The position numbers and the translations under genes are program-made. Source: Octopus vulgaris (taxonomy: Eukaryota). Taken from it: 64,000 bases of DNA. The first letter of the stretch is position 1, and each line of letters starts with the position of its first letter. The stretch spans positions 173,228,001 to 173,292,000 of the forward strand of contig OX597816.1 of NCBI GenBank assembly GCA_951406725.2, written 5' to 3'. Shown here piece after piece: positions 1 through 12,438 of this stretch. Under the pieces are notes generated by a model. That model made no database searches, was not told where the DNA came from, and saw only the letters and a program-made list of their open reading frames with translations.

Positions 1-727
1 CTGGCGAAGGTAATTCAAGCTTTTATATTATCCCTGCCTCTACTCTCTGCATTTTTGCCTTATACTGAGCTAATGTAAATATGAACAGTGTGATGCATCT
101 TTTATCTTTTACTTGTTTCAGTAGCCATACTGGGACACTGCCTTGAAGGGTCTTACTCAAACGAATTGACTCTACGACTTTTTTCGGTCTCTTTTGCCAC
201 TAAGTTACAGGGACATAAACACACCAACACTGGTTGTCAAAGCAGTTGGGGGCGGGGAGACAAAGACACACACACACTCACATACAACAGGTTTCCTACA
301 ATTTTTATCAACCAAATCCACTCACAAGGGTTTGTTTGGCCTGGGGCTATAGTAGAGGACACTTACCCAAGGTGCCACACTGTGGGACTGAACACAGGAC
401 CATGTGTTTGGGAAACAAGATTCTTACTACACAACTATGTATTTGCTGTTAGTGGCAGAAGCAGCCTTTGTAACAAATATTAATTTGCACATCCATCTTA
501 ATTTGGATGTATCGTTAAGAATGCTGTAGATTGCAGTAATTATCCAGGGAAATCATTCCATATAGGCGTTAGGTGCTACAAAAGTACAGATCATATCAGT
601 TGATAAAATTTTGCCAACACCTGTAGATGGGAGAGTTGTATCATGTGATTTCAGTGCAAATTGCTAATCATTAGCAATAGACACCCAAGCACCAAATGCC
701 AGATTGAAAATCCATCAAACTGATATA

Positions 728-945
728 TATTTCTTTACTACCCACAAGGGGCTAAACACAGAGGGGACAAACAAGGACAGACAAAGCGATTAAGTCGATT
801 ACATAGACCCCAGTGCGAAACTGGTACTTAATTTATCGACCCCGAAAGGATGAAAGGCAAAGTCGACCTCGGCGGAATTTGAACTCAGAACGTAACGGCA
901 GACGAAATACGGCTACGCATTTCGCCCGGCGTGCTACCGTTTAAC
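728..945 (-). mobile_element. SINE family B copy, slightly 5'-truncated (another at ~36468-36670 inside an old SINE A)
   Basis: Reverse match to 61346-61576. Confidence 0.8.
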
Positions 946-1323
946 TCAGATATAGTTTAACTCGGAGTAAACAGCCAGTGATGTTGCTGAAAAAGCTGTG
1001 TATAAAGTAGCTACAAGAAATGGAAGCAGCCTTTATAACAAATATTAGGTTGCACACCCAACTTAACTTACTCTATCACTGACTGTTTATTCAGTGCTAA
1101 ACTGCATTAGTTCGATGGGTTTTCTATCTTGCATTCAGTGCTTGGGTGTCTGTTGCTGATGATTCGCAATTTACACTGAAATCTCATGATGCAACAATCC
1201 TATCTGCCAGTGCTGATGAAATTTTGTCAACCAATACAATCTATACTTTTTTTGACACCTAATTTCTATACAAGATGATTTCTCAGGACATTTACTGCAG
1301 GTTGCAACAGCCTTCACAACACA

Positions 1324-2616
1324 CTAGGTTGTCAAGAAAGTTCTTGTGGTTTTTAACCTTTAAATTCAGATGCACATATCTCGGCTCAAACAAAACTTTA
1401 TTAATCGAAGTAAACACCATCAGAATCAACACACTTTTGCCAACACGAAACCAGTTTATTTATGCCTGTAGAATAAAAATCCTGCATTCTGGTGGTGATG
1501 AAGTCGTTGAAGGTATGCTTGGTATCGTCTTGGTTTTTGAAGCATTTCTCATGTAGGAAGTTGTCAAAATGCTTGAGAAAGTGGTAGTCGGTAGGTGAGA
1601 GGTCTGGTGAGTATGGCAGATGAGGCAGAGTTTCATAGTCCAATTCGTTCAACTTCTGTAAGGTCAGTTGTGCGACGTGCAGCCGAGCGTTGTCATAAAG
1701 AAGAATTGGTCCTTTTCTGTTGACCAATGCTGGCTGTTGTTGTCAGAGTTTCTTATGTATTTCATCCATTTGCTGACAGTACTTCTCCATCGTAATGGTT
1801 TCGCCTGGATCCTAAAAGCTGAGATGGATGAGACCAGCTGCAGACCACCAAAGTCACCATGAACTTCTTTTGGTGCAATTTTGGCTCCGGGAAGTGCCAT
1901 GGAGCTTCATCGGCATCCAACCACTGAGCTGAGCATCATCAGTTGTCGTAAAGAATCCACTTTTCATTGCAAGTCACAATCCAGTCAAGAAAGGGGTCAT
2001 TCTTGTTGTGTAAAAGAAAGGAAAATGACACTTCAAAACGGTGTTTTTTTTTTGTTTTTTTTTTTTGGTTGTCGTTCATTTCATGCAGCACCCATTTCTC
2101 AAGTATTTTTGTTTTTCCAATCTCTTTCAAGTGGTTGGAAATTGTCGTATACATTACGTCTAATTCAGAAGCAAGCTTTCGAACAGTTGTGCATGGACTG
2201 GTTTCCACTAAGGCTCTTAGTTGATCGTTGTCAACATCTGATGGCCAACCACTATGCTTATCATCTTCAAGACTCTCATCACCGCTACAAAATTTCTTGA
2301 ACCACCATTGTGCTTTACGCTCATTAGTGGTTCCTGGGCCAAATGCATCATTGATATCACAAGCTGTTTCAGCAGCTTTTCGGCCTAGCTTGAACTGGAA
2401 TAAGAAAATTGTGCAAATTTGCTTTTTGTCCATGTGGTATTTAACATTCCGGAAAAAATGGCCTAATTATTCAAAAAGAAAAAGAGTAATACGATTAGAT
2501 ATAGTGAAAAACAGGCTTTAAAATGATATATAAAGTAATTTAACAAAAATCAATTTGAAAATACATCATTTAAAACCAAAATTTAAAATTCCGCAAGAAC
2601 TTTCTTGACAACCTAA
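1324..2616 (-). mobile_element. Full-length decayed mariner transposon (Hsmar1/cecropia-like, DD34D)
   Basis: TIRs ctaggttgtcaagaaagttcttgtgg and ccgcaagaactttcttgacaacctaa, with TA at the right end. The frameshifted transposase (2433 to 1401) has an HTH, a WVPHEL-like WVLHEM, IVTCNEKW, YDNARLH and PYSPDLSPTDYHF. Confidence 0.93.
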
Positions 2617-3702
2617 TAGATGTGCAAATTAATACATATATATATATATATATATCATGTACTGCATATTAGTTATGTGGTTTGTTATGTGAGCACATGT
2701 GCACACAGACACATACATACATATATAGAAATATTTTCATCATCTTCAATGCTTTTACATTTGTGTTTTCTATTGGCTTGGCTTGGATTTGATAGGACAA
2801 GACCTCTTGAGATAGTATTCTGTGGTTGGATACTCTATCCTTGTTTTCAAGTATGGTATTTTATTTCAATGGAACCACTGTGTGAGACATTTTGCTTTTG
2901 TAAGACATAAACAAACCTTACCACTGTCCAAGTGGTGTCAATGCATCCCATTTTGCATCTGGTGGTACCATACAAGCACAGATCTGTTAGATCTGCCAGA
3001 TGGTTTAAATCCTCAACTGACACATTTTGTTGAGATATCTTCCTGAATGAAAGTCCATTGCCACATTTGTTAATATACCTTACTGTATTTCAAATATCAT
3101 ATAGATGAAATTATGACCATGTTATTATTCTGTATCATTATACATACTTAACTTTGTAGCTTTCAAGCATCTGATAAATAATTAGTTTTGTATCTTTTAT
3201 ATCAAAACTTATTTAGAAAAATGTTAAATTTCAGCTCTGTATTCAAATTTTTAACCAGAACTTATATGTATGTATGTATGTGTGTGTGTGTGTGTGTGTG
3301 TGTAACCATTTCAATATGTGACTGTGTGTGTATCGTTGGCGATTTTCTCTCTCCGTCTTCCCTTCTTTAGACTTTTTCTATATTTCTGATGAAGAGCTCT
3401 GCTCAAAACGTGAAATCCACTTTCTTTTCTTTCCTTTCCTGAGCATCCAATAACACTGTACTTATTCCACGTCCTCGCGTTGTTGCTTTTTCTTGCTTGT
3501 TCATGTTTGGATTGACTATATACATGCATGCATACATACACTCACACACACACATACATACATGGTGTTGAACTCCTGATCATAAGATGGTGGTTTTGGG
3601 ATTGGGCAATGTGTTGTGTTCTTGAGCAAAATATCTCATTTCATTCCGCTCAGCTGACAATAATGAATAATATTGCAATGGGCCAATATCCATCCAAGGT
3701 GG

Positions 3703-3734
<32 letters not shown>

Positions 3735-3741
3735 TTATTTA

Positions 3742-3883
3742 AAGCAGCAGAAAATTCAACAAAAATCTGTTACTCTGAGTTTCTCGTTGCCGTTCATCAG
3801 ACAGTTTTTGCTAGAAAAAACTGTCTGATGAACGGCAACGAGAAACTCAGAGTAACAGATTTTTGTTGAATTTTCTGCTGCTT
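3742..3883. ncRNA. Palindromic element with a minimal type I hammerhead ribozyme motif on each strand (Penelope-like pLTR derivative)
   Basis: 68-bp perfect arms; ctgt-CTGATGA-acggcaacga-GAAA-ctcagag-TA-acag at 3821-3858. Confidence 0.6.
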
Positions 3884-3961
3884 AAAATAAAGCATATTAC
3901 TCTACCACTGGTATTTGAGTACTCTTTTTCCACCTTGTTTCACATTTATGTGTTTACTCCG

Positions 3962-4008
<47 letters not shown>

Positions 4009-4011
<3 letters not shown>

Positions 4012-5234
4012 GGGATGGACAAAATAATAGAAACACCTTAAAATTTCAAACAATTTTATTTTAATATGGGTTAGGACTGCTTTGGCAGTAATTACAGCTT
4101 GAATTCTACAAGCTATGGACTCGTACAAAGTTTGAATGGTTTCCAAAGGAATTTTGGTCCATTCTTCAGCTAAAACAGTCTCCAATTCTTGTAGTGATGA
4201 TGGTGGAGGATATCAACTCCTTGCTTGTTTTTCTAAAATGCACCATAAATGTTCAATAATATTGAGATCTGGGGATGGGATGGCCAGATAAAATGTTCAA
4301 CTTCACTAGAATGTTCCTCGTGCCATTCAGTGACAAGTTTAGCTGTGTGAATTGGTACATTATCATCCTGAAAGATTGTGTTTCCCTCCGGAAACAGTTC
4401 CGTAACCATAGGATGAATTTGATAAGACAAAATGCTTAAATAGTCTTGACTATTGATTCTGCCATGAAGGGAAACCATTGAGCCGGCGGATTTCCGAGAT
4501 ATAGCCCCCCCCCTCATCCTCACAGATCTTCCTTCATGTTTAACAGTTGGAAAAATGCATTCTGGATTGAATGCTTCTTTTGGCTGTCTCCACTTGGCTG
4601 GTGGTCAGAAATAAGGTAAAGGATGACTCGTTCGAGAAAATAACATTTTCCCACTGCTCTAGGGACCCATTCTGTAGGTTTTTATTCCACTCTAGGCGTT
4701 TTGCAATGTTTGTTTTTGAAAGTAGTGGTTTTCTGATTGCAGCCATTCCGTTTTTGTGGAAACTGGGTTCTCGAGGTGGTCATTAAGCTCTGCAGTAATT
4801 TTGGGAGCTGTACTTTTGTGATCCTTTCTAACAATCTATGTAAGAGTCTGATGGTCCCTATCTGAAAGTTTTGGTTTTCTTCCAGAGTTTTTGTTTCAAC
4901 AAGGAGGTTTTCCCCTCTTTCTCAAAGGCTGTCATTACTTTCGAGACAGTACTTCTTGATACACCAAACATTTCGACTGTTTTCGTTATGCTAGAGCCTG
5001 CCATCCGAGCGCCAACAATTTGACCTCTTTGAAAGTCCGAGAGATCTGTTATGTTAATGAATTTTAATTACCTTTTTCTGATGATATCTGAAAAGAAACA
5101 GCAATTTTAGTAAAATATATTAAGCAACACTAATAATAAATCAAAAAACATAAAAGTAAACAAGCTTTTGACAGGTTTTATAGATATTTCAAAATTATGA
5201 TGCTAGGTGTTTACATTATTTTGTCTAACACCTG
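4009..5234 (-). mobile_element. Full-length decayed Tc1-like transposon inserted in a (TA)n tract
   Basis: TIRs caggggatggacaaaataatagaaacacct and aggtgtttacattattttgtctaacacctg, flanked by TA. Broken transposase: IRKPLLSKTNIAKRLEW, VIFSNESSF, IFQDDNVPIH, EEWTKIPLETIQTL. Confidence 0.9.
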
Positions 5235-6266
5235 TATATATATACACACACACACACACATATGGCCCAGAATCTAGGAAACTAGCCTTATGAGCTTATG
5301 GCTCAAGAACAACCTTTGATTTTTTTATATATATATATACACAAACACAGAACCTCTTAGTTAAGAGAGAATGCTTATAAATAGAAAACCAATGTTTTTA
5401 TCTCTCTTATACAAACTTAGCGACCTCAGTGTTGCATTAGCCAGACCAAGTTCACTTGGTACCTTATTTACTGTCAGTTGATGACCTCTACCATTCTTAC
5501 ATTATGTAACAGTGTGAGAAAATCAGGCTGAAGCAAATCTTTGTTTAGATTTTTCTCACCAGCATGAACGCCTCTAATACTACTTTGTTTACATCTGATA
5601 AAGAGAGTGAAATGGTGATGGTGGTGGTGGTGGGGTTGTTGACAAGTTGGGATAGTGATTGTTTGTTCTGGTATACATTCACAATGTCCAGCAATGAGGT
5701 CAATTGGGTGCATATACATTAGAGCAAAGCTTCTACCTTTCTGAATTGTGAATTCGATCACCTATATCCCTACCCTACATAACCACACCACTGTGTCTGT
5801 TCTTTATGCCTTATATTCTATACAGCTCTTCTGTTATTGATATACTGACTTTTGCTTTATGCAGCTAAGTGTGTTTTCATTTTGTTCACAGTAACTGGTA
5901 ACAGCTTGGTTGATTCATTACTTCATCATCATCATCATCATCATCATCTACACCATTATCCTGATCATCTTCATCATGTACACAAACCAAGCAAAATAAA
6001 GCTGGAAATTAGTCTAAAATGCATAGAAATGTACTATCGCTGTGTAGTTGTCCAACCCATGTCAGAGTAGACAACAATGAAACTAATTGGGGTGGTTGCA
6101 ATTAGTGAGGAGAATAAAGATGTTAAAGTGAAGTTGGTAGCATTAAATAATAGTAAATTTTTAGAAATTCATAAGGAGTCTGAAACAATAATGGAAGACC
6201 TTAGTGCTAAAAGCTAACTCTGGATTAGCTTTTTATTTCTTACATTACTTAGCTTTATATTTCTTA

Positions 6267-6654
6267 CTAGCAGTATCACCCGGCGTTGCTCGGGTTTGTA
6301 AGGGAAATAACTATAAAGCATTTTTAGAGAGTTATAGCAAAAAAATGCATTAAAAATGGAAAAAAAATGATGGTAAATTTTTTTTAAATCGTTGACTCAT
6401 CGTAGACATTTTTAGAGAGTATATCCCTTATATAATAGCGAAAAAAATGCATTAAAATGGAAAAAAATGATGGTAAATTATTTTTAAAATCGTAGACTCA
6501 TCGTAGACGCGCGCTAATACCCAGAAGGGCTAGATATGAATCACGACTATAAGATACCCGGTTTTGGTTAAACTGCACCGCAAAATGTGGGAGTAGTTAG
6601 GAATCTAAATCATAGGAGACAGACAGCACACAACCTCACTTTTATATATAAAGA
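6267..6654 (-). mobile_element. Non-autonomous Helitron (~390 bp family)
   Basis: 5' TC, 3' CTAG, subterminal hairpin cccgagcaacgccggg, inserted at A|T without a TSD. Five full copies in the window. Confidence 0.85.
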
Positions 6655-6915
6655 TTTCATCAGTGGGTGTTGTCAGCTTTGATGTAAGACAAGGGTGATA
6701 TTATTAATGGTGGTTTCCATCAGTTGACCTTTAGGTAAGTTGATGTTATTAGTATAAATAATCATCACCACAAAGAGGCTATAGCCTCTTTGTGGTGATG
6801 ATTTTTTTTTTTTTTTTTTTCAAATAATAATGATCTGACAGAATAATGCTAATCTTCTTTCATGAATAAATTATAGCTAATTGGGTGTCAGCTGGGTTTC
6901 TTGTAAAACTTGTTT

Positions 6916-7576
6916 AGGCGCAGGAGTGGCTGTGTGGTAAGAAAGCTTGCTTACCAACCACATGGTTCTGGGTTCAGTCCCACTGCGTGGCACCTTGGGC
7001 AAGTGTCTTCTGCTATAGCCCCGGGCCGACCAATGCCTTGTGAGTGGATTTGGTAAACGGAAATTGAAAGAAGCCCGTCGTATATATATATATATATATA
7101 TATACTAGCAGTATTGCCTGGCGTTGCTCGGGTTTGTAAGGGAAATAACTATAAAGCATATATATATATATATATATTAAAAAGGTCGAGTTGCGTCTCC
7201 TAGACCATCTGTGGTTTGTGTTTCTGATTGTCGACCCCATGTCGATTTATCGATCTTTTCAGAACTGGGGAACTTTTCAAAATTTTCGCTGCGTTAGTTT
7301 TGAATGATGACATTGGCTATGTGTGTCATTTCATCAGAATCGGTTGATAGGGTGAGGTATATTGTGTGTGTGTGTTTGTGTTTGTCCCCCTAGCATTGCT
7401 TGACAACCAATGCTGGTGTGTTTACGTCCCCGTCACTTAGCGGTTCGGCAAAAGAGACTGATAGAATAAGTACTGGGCTTACAAAGAATAAGTCCCGGGG
7501 TCAATTTGCTCCACTAAAGGCGGTGCTCCAGCATGGCCGCATCAAATGACTGAAACAAGTAAAAGAGTAAAGAGTA
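6916..7576 (+). mobile_element. tRNA-derived SINE family A, interrupted at ~7105-7345 by a Helitron 3' end and other sequence
   Basis: A box tggctgtgtggt, B box ggttcagtccc, CORE-like accttgggcaagt, central (TA)n/(TG)n, AAGAGTA tail repeats. Confidence 0.85.
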
Positions 7577-7851
7577 CATGGTTATCCCCTTTTTCAGTAC
7601 TGCTGCTGCTGCTGCTATTAATTATTTTCACATCAGCATCACCACCATTCTTAATAATATCCTCTAACCAAAATACAGACACCTAGATATGCAATAATCA
7701 CAGTTCAGAGCTGTTTGCTCTGAATTGTGATTCTTATCAGCTCCACCCAATCACATAACTACATATTTAACCGACCACACACAGCTAGGCACACATCATA
7801 ATGCAGCTGACCCCTTTCTCTCTCTCACACACACATATCAAAATAACTGCA

Positions 7852-8260
7852 ACTCTCTTTACTCTTTTACTCTTTTACTTGTTTCAGTCATTTGACTGCG
7901 GCCATGCTGGAGCACCGCCTTTAGTCGAGCAAATCGACCCCGGGACTTATTCTTTGTAAGCCCAGTACTTATTCTATCAGTCTCTTTTGCCAAACCGCTA
8001 AGTGACGGGGACGTAAACACACCAGCATCGGTTGTCAAGCAAAGCTAGAGAGACAAACACACACACAAACACATACGCACACACACACATATATATATAC
8101 ATATATACGACAGGCTTCTTTCAGTTTCCGTCTACCAAATCCACTCACAAGGCATTGGTCGGCCCGAGGCTATAGTAGAAGACACTTGCCCAAGGTGCCA
8201 CACAGTGGGACTGAACCCGGAACCATGTGGTTGGTTAGCAAGCTACTTACCACACAGCCA
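7852..8260 (-). mobile_element. SINE family A copy
   Basis: Reverse complement of the family A consensus, near full length. Confidence 0.85.
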
Positions 8261-8879
8261 TATCATTTAATGTCCATCATTCATCCTGGCATGTGTGGAC
8301 AGATTGGCAGGAGCTGGCAAGCCAGAGGACTACACGAAGCTCCACAGTCTGTTTGGCATGGTTTTTACAGCTGGATACCCTTCCTAATGCCAACCATTTT
8401 ACATATATATATTTATATATTTCATCATCATCATCATCGATTTAATGTCTACATGTCCATGCTAGCATGGGTCAGAGGAAACTTCATTCAAATTGAATTT
8501 TCTATAGCTACACATCTTTCCCAGTGCCACTCCTCACTGCTGGTTTCCTACTAAGGTAATAATCTCGCAGTGTGTCTTTTGTTAACACATCGAAAATGAG
8601 AGAAGATATGCACTCAAGTAATACACACACATATGTATGTGACCCTTTTGAGCAAAGCTGCTGAGATGCCTAGAAAAATATGTAAGGTGATGTCAATGAA
8701 TGAAAACAAAGAGAAAAGATAATCTGTTACCTTATGTAGGTTGTTTAATGATCCAATAATATTTTAGGCAAATTAAATGTTTTCAGACAGAAGAAAATAA
8801 GAGTTTGAAGAAATGTGTTGTTATCAGCAGGCCATTCTAGAGTGTTATGACAAAAGACAGGTATATGTAATGTGATTAA

Positions 8880-9267
8880 TCTTTATATATAAAAGTAAGG
8901 TTGTGTGCTGTCTGTCTCCTACGATTTAGATTCCTAACTACTCCCACATTTTGCGGTGCAGTTTAACCAAAACCGGGTATCTTATAGTCGTGATTCATAT
9001 CGAGCCCTTCTGGGTATTAGCGCGCGTCTACGATGAGTCTACGATTTAAAAAAAAAATTTACCATCAATTTTTCCCATTTTTGGCATATATAAGGGAAGT
9101 AACTCTCTAAAAATTTATTATTAAATCTCAGAACGTAAAAAGCTACAGTAACACCACCCCCCTTTGTGGTTAGCCATATTGAGATGGCTATTATACTTTA
9201 CATCTCTAAAAATGCTTATATAGTTATTTCCCTTACATACCTGAGCAACACCGGGCGATACTGCTAG
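8880..9267 (+). mobile_element. Non-autonomous Helitron copy
   Basis: a|TCtttatatataaaagt ... ccgggcgatactgCTAG|t. Confidence 0.85.
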
Positions 9268-9530
9268 TATTATATATAATACTAGTGTGAACATGCTATC
9301 TTTAAGATGTTTTACATTGATTTGGTATCATATATTCCTATAGAGTATATGCATGAGTGTACACATGGTATGCATGTGGGAAGAACGCTGGCAAGACATG
9401 CAACACAAAGGAAGCATGGATGTCAGTAGTAGAAAATGTAAAATAGAGCTATAAGTTGTTAAAATAATGTGCATTTATAAAGCAATGAAAAATTACTACC
9501 TAAATACTATCAATAAATTATATATACATA

Positions 9531-9921
9531 TAGGTGTAGGAGTGGCTGTGTGGTAAGTAGCTTGCTTACCAACCACATGGTCCCGGGTTCAGTCCCACTG
9601 CGTGGCACCTTGGGCAAGTGTCTTCTACTATAGCCTTGGGCCAACCAAAGCCTTGTGAGTGGATTTGGTAGACGGAAACTGAAAAAAGCCCTTCGTATAT
9701 ATGTATATATATATGTGTTTGTGTGTCTGTGTTTGTCCCACCAACATCGCTTGACAACCGATGCTGGTGTGTTTACATCCCCATAACTTAGCAGTTTGGC
9801 AAAAGAGACCGATAGAATAAGTACTGGGCTTAGAAAGAATAAATCCTGGGGTCGATTTGCTTGACTAAAAGGTGGTGCTCCAGCATGGCCACAGTGAAAT
9901 GACTGAAAGAAGTAAAAGAGT
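9531..9921 (+). mobile_element. SINE family A copy
   Basis: Full-length match to family A. Confidence 0.85.
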
Positions 9922-10935
9922 ATACATACTTTGATGAATTTTTACTACAATTTGTATTTGTTACTAAACACTATCATTGTAAACATCATTATCCTATCTA
10001 CATTTATGTGTAGTGAAAAATTGAGCCCATCTCATTCACATTATTGTCACCCTCTTAATGCAACCTGAACAAAAGAAGTGTATTATTTGTTTATATAAAA
10101 CATGTCATTATGTAATCAAATATTATTAGATACTAAATGAAACTGAAGTGAAGTAAGCCATTATTTAGATATTTAATAGAAATATAATATTAATAGTACT
10201 TATGTTAAAGCAATAGGCATACGTACACAAATGTGCCCCACTGACTTCGTTTCCTCATAACTTTCAGAAAAATGGATATATTCTAATGAAATTTTCAACC
10301 AATGCTTCAGATGATGAAATTCCAATTATATCAAAATTTGTCATGAAAAATTTTTTTGCAGCGGTATAGAGAGGAATTTCAGAGAATTCACGAGTCAGTT
10401 TTGTTTTCCTCATAACTTTCAGAAGAATGGGTGTTTTAAAATGAAATGTTCTACAAATAACATTCAGAGTGTGTAAATTTCGGTTATATAGGAATTTGAG
10501 GTGAAAAAAGAAATAGTGAGCACACGCACATACATATTGGTACACATTACAAGTTTTTTCAAACTTGAAGTTTCATGTGTGATGTGTGCCAGAATACATG
10601 TCGGCTATCTCACCAATTTTTTTCTTTTTTCATATTAAATTCCAATATAATCACAATGTACACACTCTGAAAGGTATTTGTTAAAAATTTTGTGGAAGTT
10701 ATATGGAAATAAAGTCATGGTGGGGAGGGGCACACATGTATGGCAAAATCATATGAGCTTCAGACAAAATGCCTTGTGTTATTTCATCAGGTTCTTTATG
10801 TTTTGATTTCAAATCCTGCTTAGGTCAACTTTGCTTTTCATTCTCTTAGGGTTGGGTTCTTGAGTAAGTGTTATCAACCAGTCCCTTCCACTTGAAAACT
10901 GCAAGCTTTGTACTTACATCAGAAACAATTATTAA

Positions 10936-11156
10936 CCCTTTCGTTACTGTATTTATTTTGAGGTGCTCTGTGTTTCTTTCAATTATTTTAACTATAACAA
11001 AGAATTTAGTAAAATAAATTAGTTATCATTAAGCTAATGTTAGGAACATAAATTGTGACTAAGGTTTGGTGGAAGATTTTAATTCAAAACTTGTGAAAAC
11101 AAGACATTTGTACTACAGAACCAGAGCCGGTTTTGGCCGGGTTGGTAACGAAAGGG
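10936..11156. mobile_element. piggyBac-type MITE
   Basis: TTAA|ccctttcgttac ... gtaacgaaaggg|TTGG. Confidence 0.8.
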
Positions 11157-12039
11157 TTGGTAGATTGGCAGAATCATTACATCATAAAAAAATGTGTTGT
11201 GTTTCTTTTTAGTCTTTACTAGGTTTATCTTGTATATCTTATCTTTTACTTGTTTCAGTCATTAAACTGTGGCCTTTAAGCATTTTTGTTGAACGCATTG
11301 GACCCCAGTACTTATTTTTTGTTAAGCTGGGTATTTATTCTATCAGATCTCTTTTGCCACTAAGTTATGGGGACGTAAGCACACCAACACCAGTTGTCAA
11401 GTTGTAGTGGGGGACAGACACAAAGACATACACACACGCACACACACATAAATATATGGGCTTCTTTCAGTTTCTGTCTACCAAATCCATAGCTTCTTTC
11501 AGTTTCCATCTACCAAATCCACTATAACCCGAGACTACAGTAGAAGACACTTGCCCAAAGTGCCATGCAGTGGAACTGAACTCAAAACAACCTGATTGGG
11601 AAGCAAGCTTCTTACCACGCAGCCAATTAAATGTTGGGATTCATGGTCTCTTCACCTTAAAATTGTTGGCCTTACCTAAACCAGAAACTTATCATTATTT
11701 GGGGTTGTGTGTGCAGAATCATTTGGATGTTGAGAAAATGCTTTGGGCTATTTTTCCAGCTCTTTGTTCAAATCCCAGCTTTCCCTTTCTTCCCTTTGGA
11801 ATTGTTAAAGTACTAGAATCAAATTAATCAAGAATTGTGCCTATTTATAAAAACAGTTATTATTATCATCCTTAATCTCTGCTAGACCTGCCTAATCATG
11901 TTGCCACGGCAAGAGAACTCATCCAGAACTAGAAACATTTTCCTAAAAACACCAAAACTATCTGGAAAAATAAACTTTGACCCGCAACTCCTCCACAAAA
12001 GTTGTGCAAGCCTTGAAATTTCGACAATACTTTATGGTT

Positions 12040-12438
12040 GCTCTTTTACTTGTTTCAGTCATTTGACTGCGGCCATGCTGGAGCACCGCCTTTAATCAAG
12101 CAACTCGACCCCGGGACTTATTCTTTTGTAAGCCCAGTACTTATTCTATCGGTCTCTTTTGCCAAACTGCTAAGTAACGAGGACATAAACACACCAGCAT
12201 CAGTTGTCAAGCAATGCTAGGGGGACAAACACAGACACACAAACACACACACATACATATATATATATATACATATATACGACGGGCTTCTTTCAGTTTC
12301 CGTCTACCAAATCCACTCACAAGGCTTTGGTCGGCCCGAGGCTATAGTAGAAGACACTTGCCCCAAGGTGCCACGCAGTGGGACTGAACCCGGAACCATG
12401 TGGTTGGTAAACAAGCTACTTACCACACAGCCACTCTT
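12040..12438 (-). mobile_element. SINE family A copy (older copies at ~103-438 and ~11240-11625, also minus)
   Basis: Full-length reverse match. Confidence 0.85.

Noticed and set aside
1401-2433. Domesticated SETMAR-like gene
   Set aside because: Frameshifts and stops, catalytic D altered to N, intact TIRs and no SET domain: a dead mariner.
5421-5720. Possible internal exon(s) of the + gene
   Set aside because: Acceptor-like AGs exist, but the frames hit stops or lack a good donor; nothing links to the 16090 exon.
10232-10736. MITE-like segment with tgtgcccc/ggggcaca ends and repeated ttcctcataactttc
   Set aside because: Too degenerate, with no clear TSD or second copy in the window to support a call.
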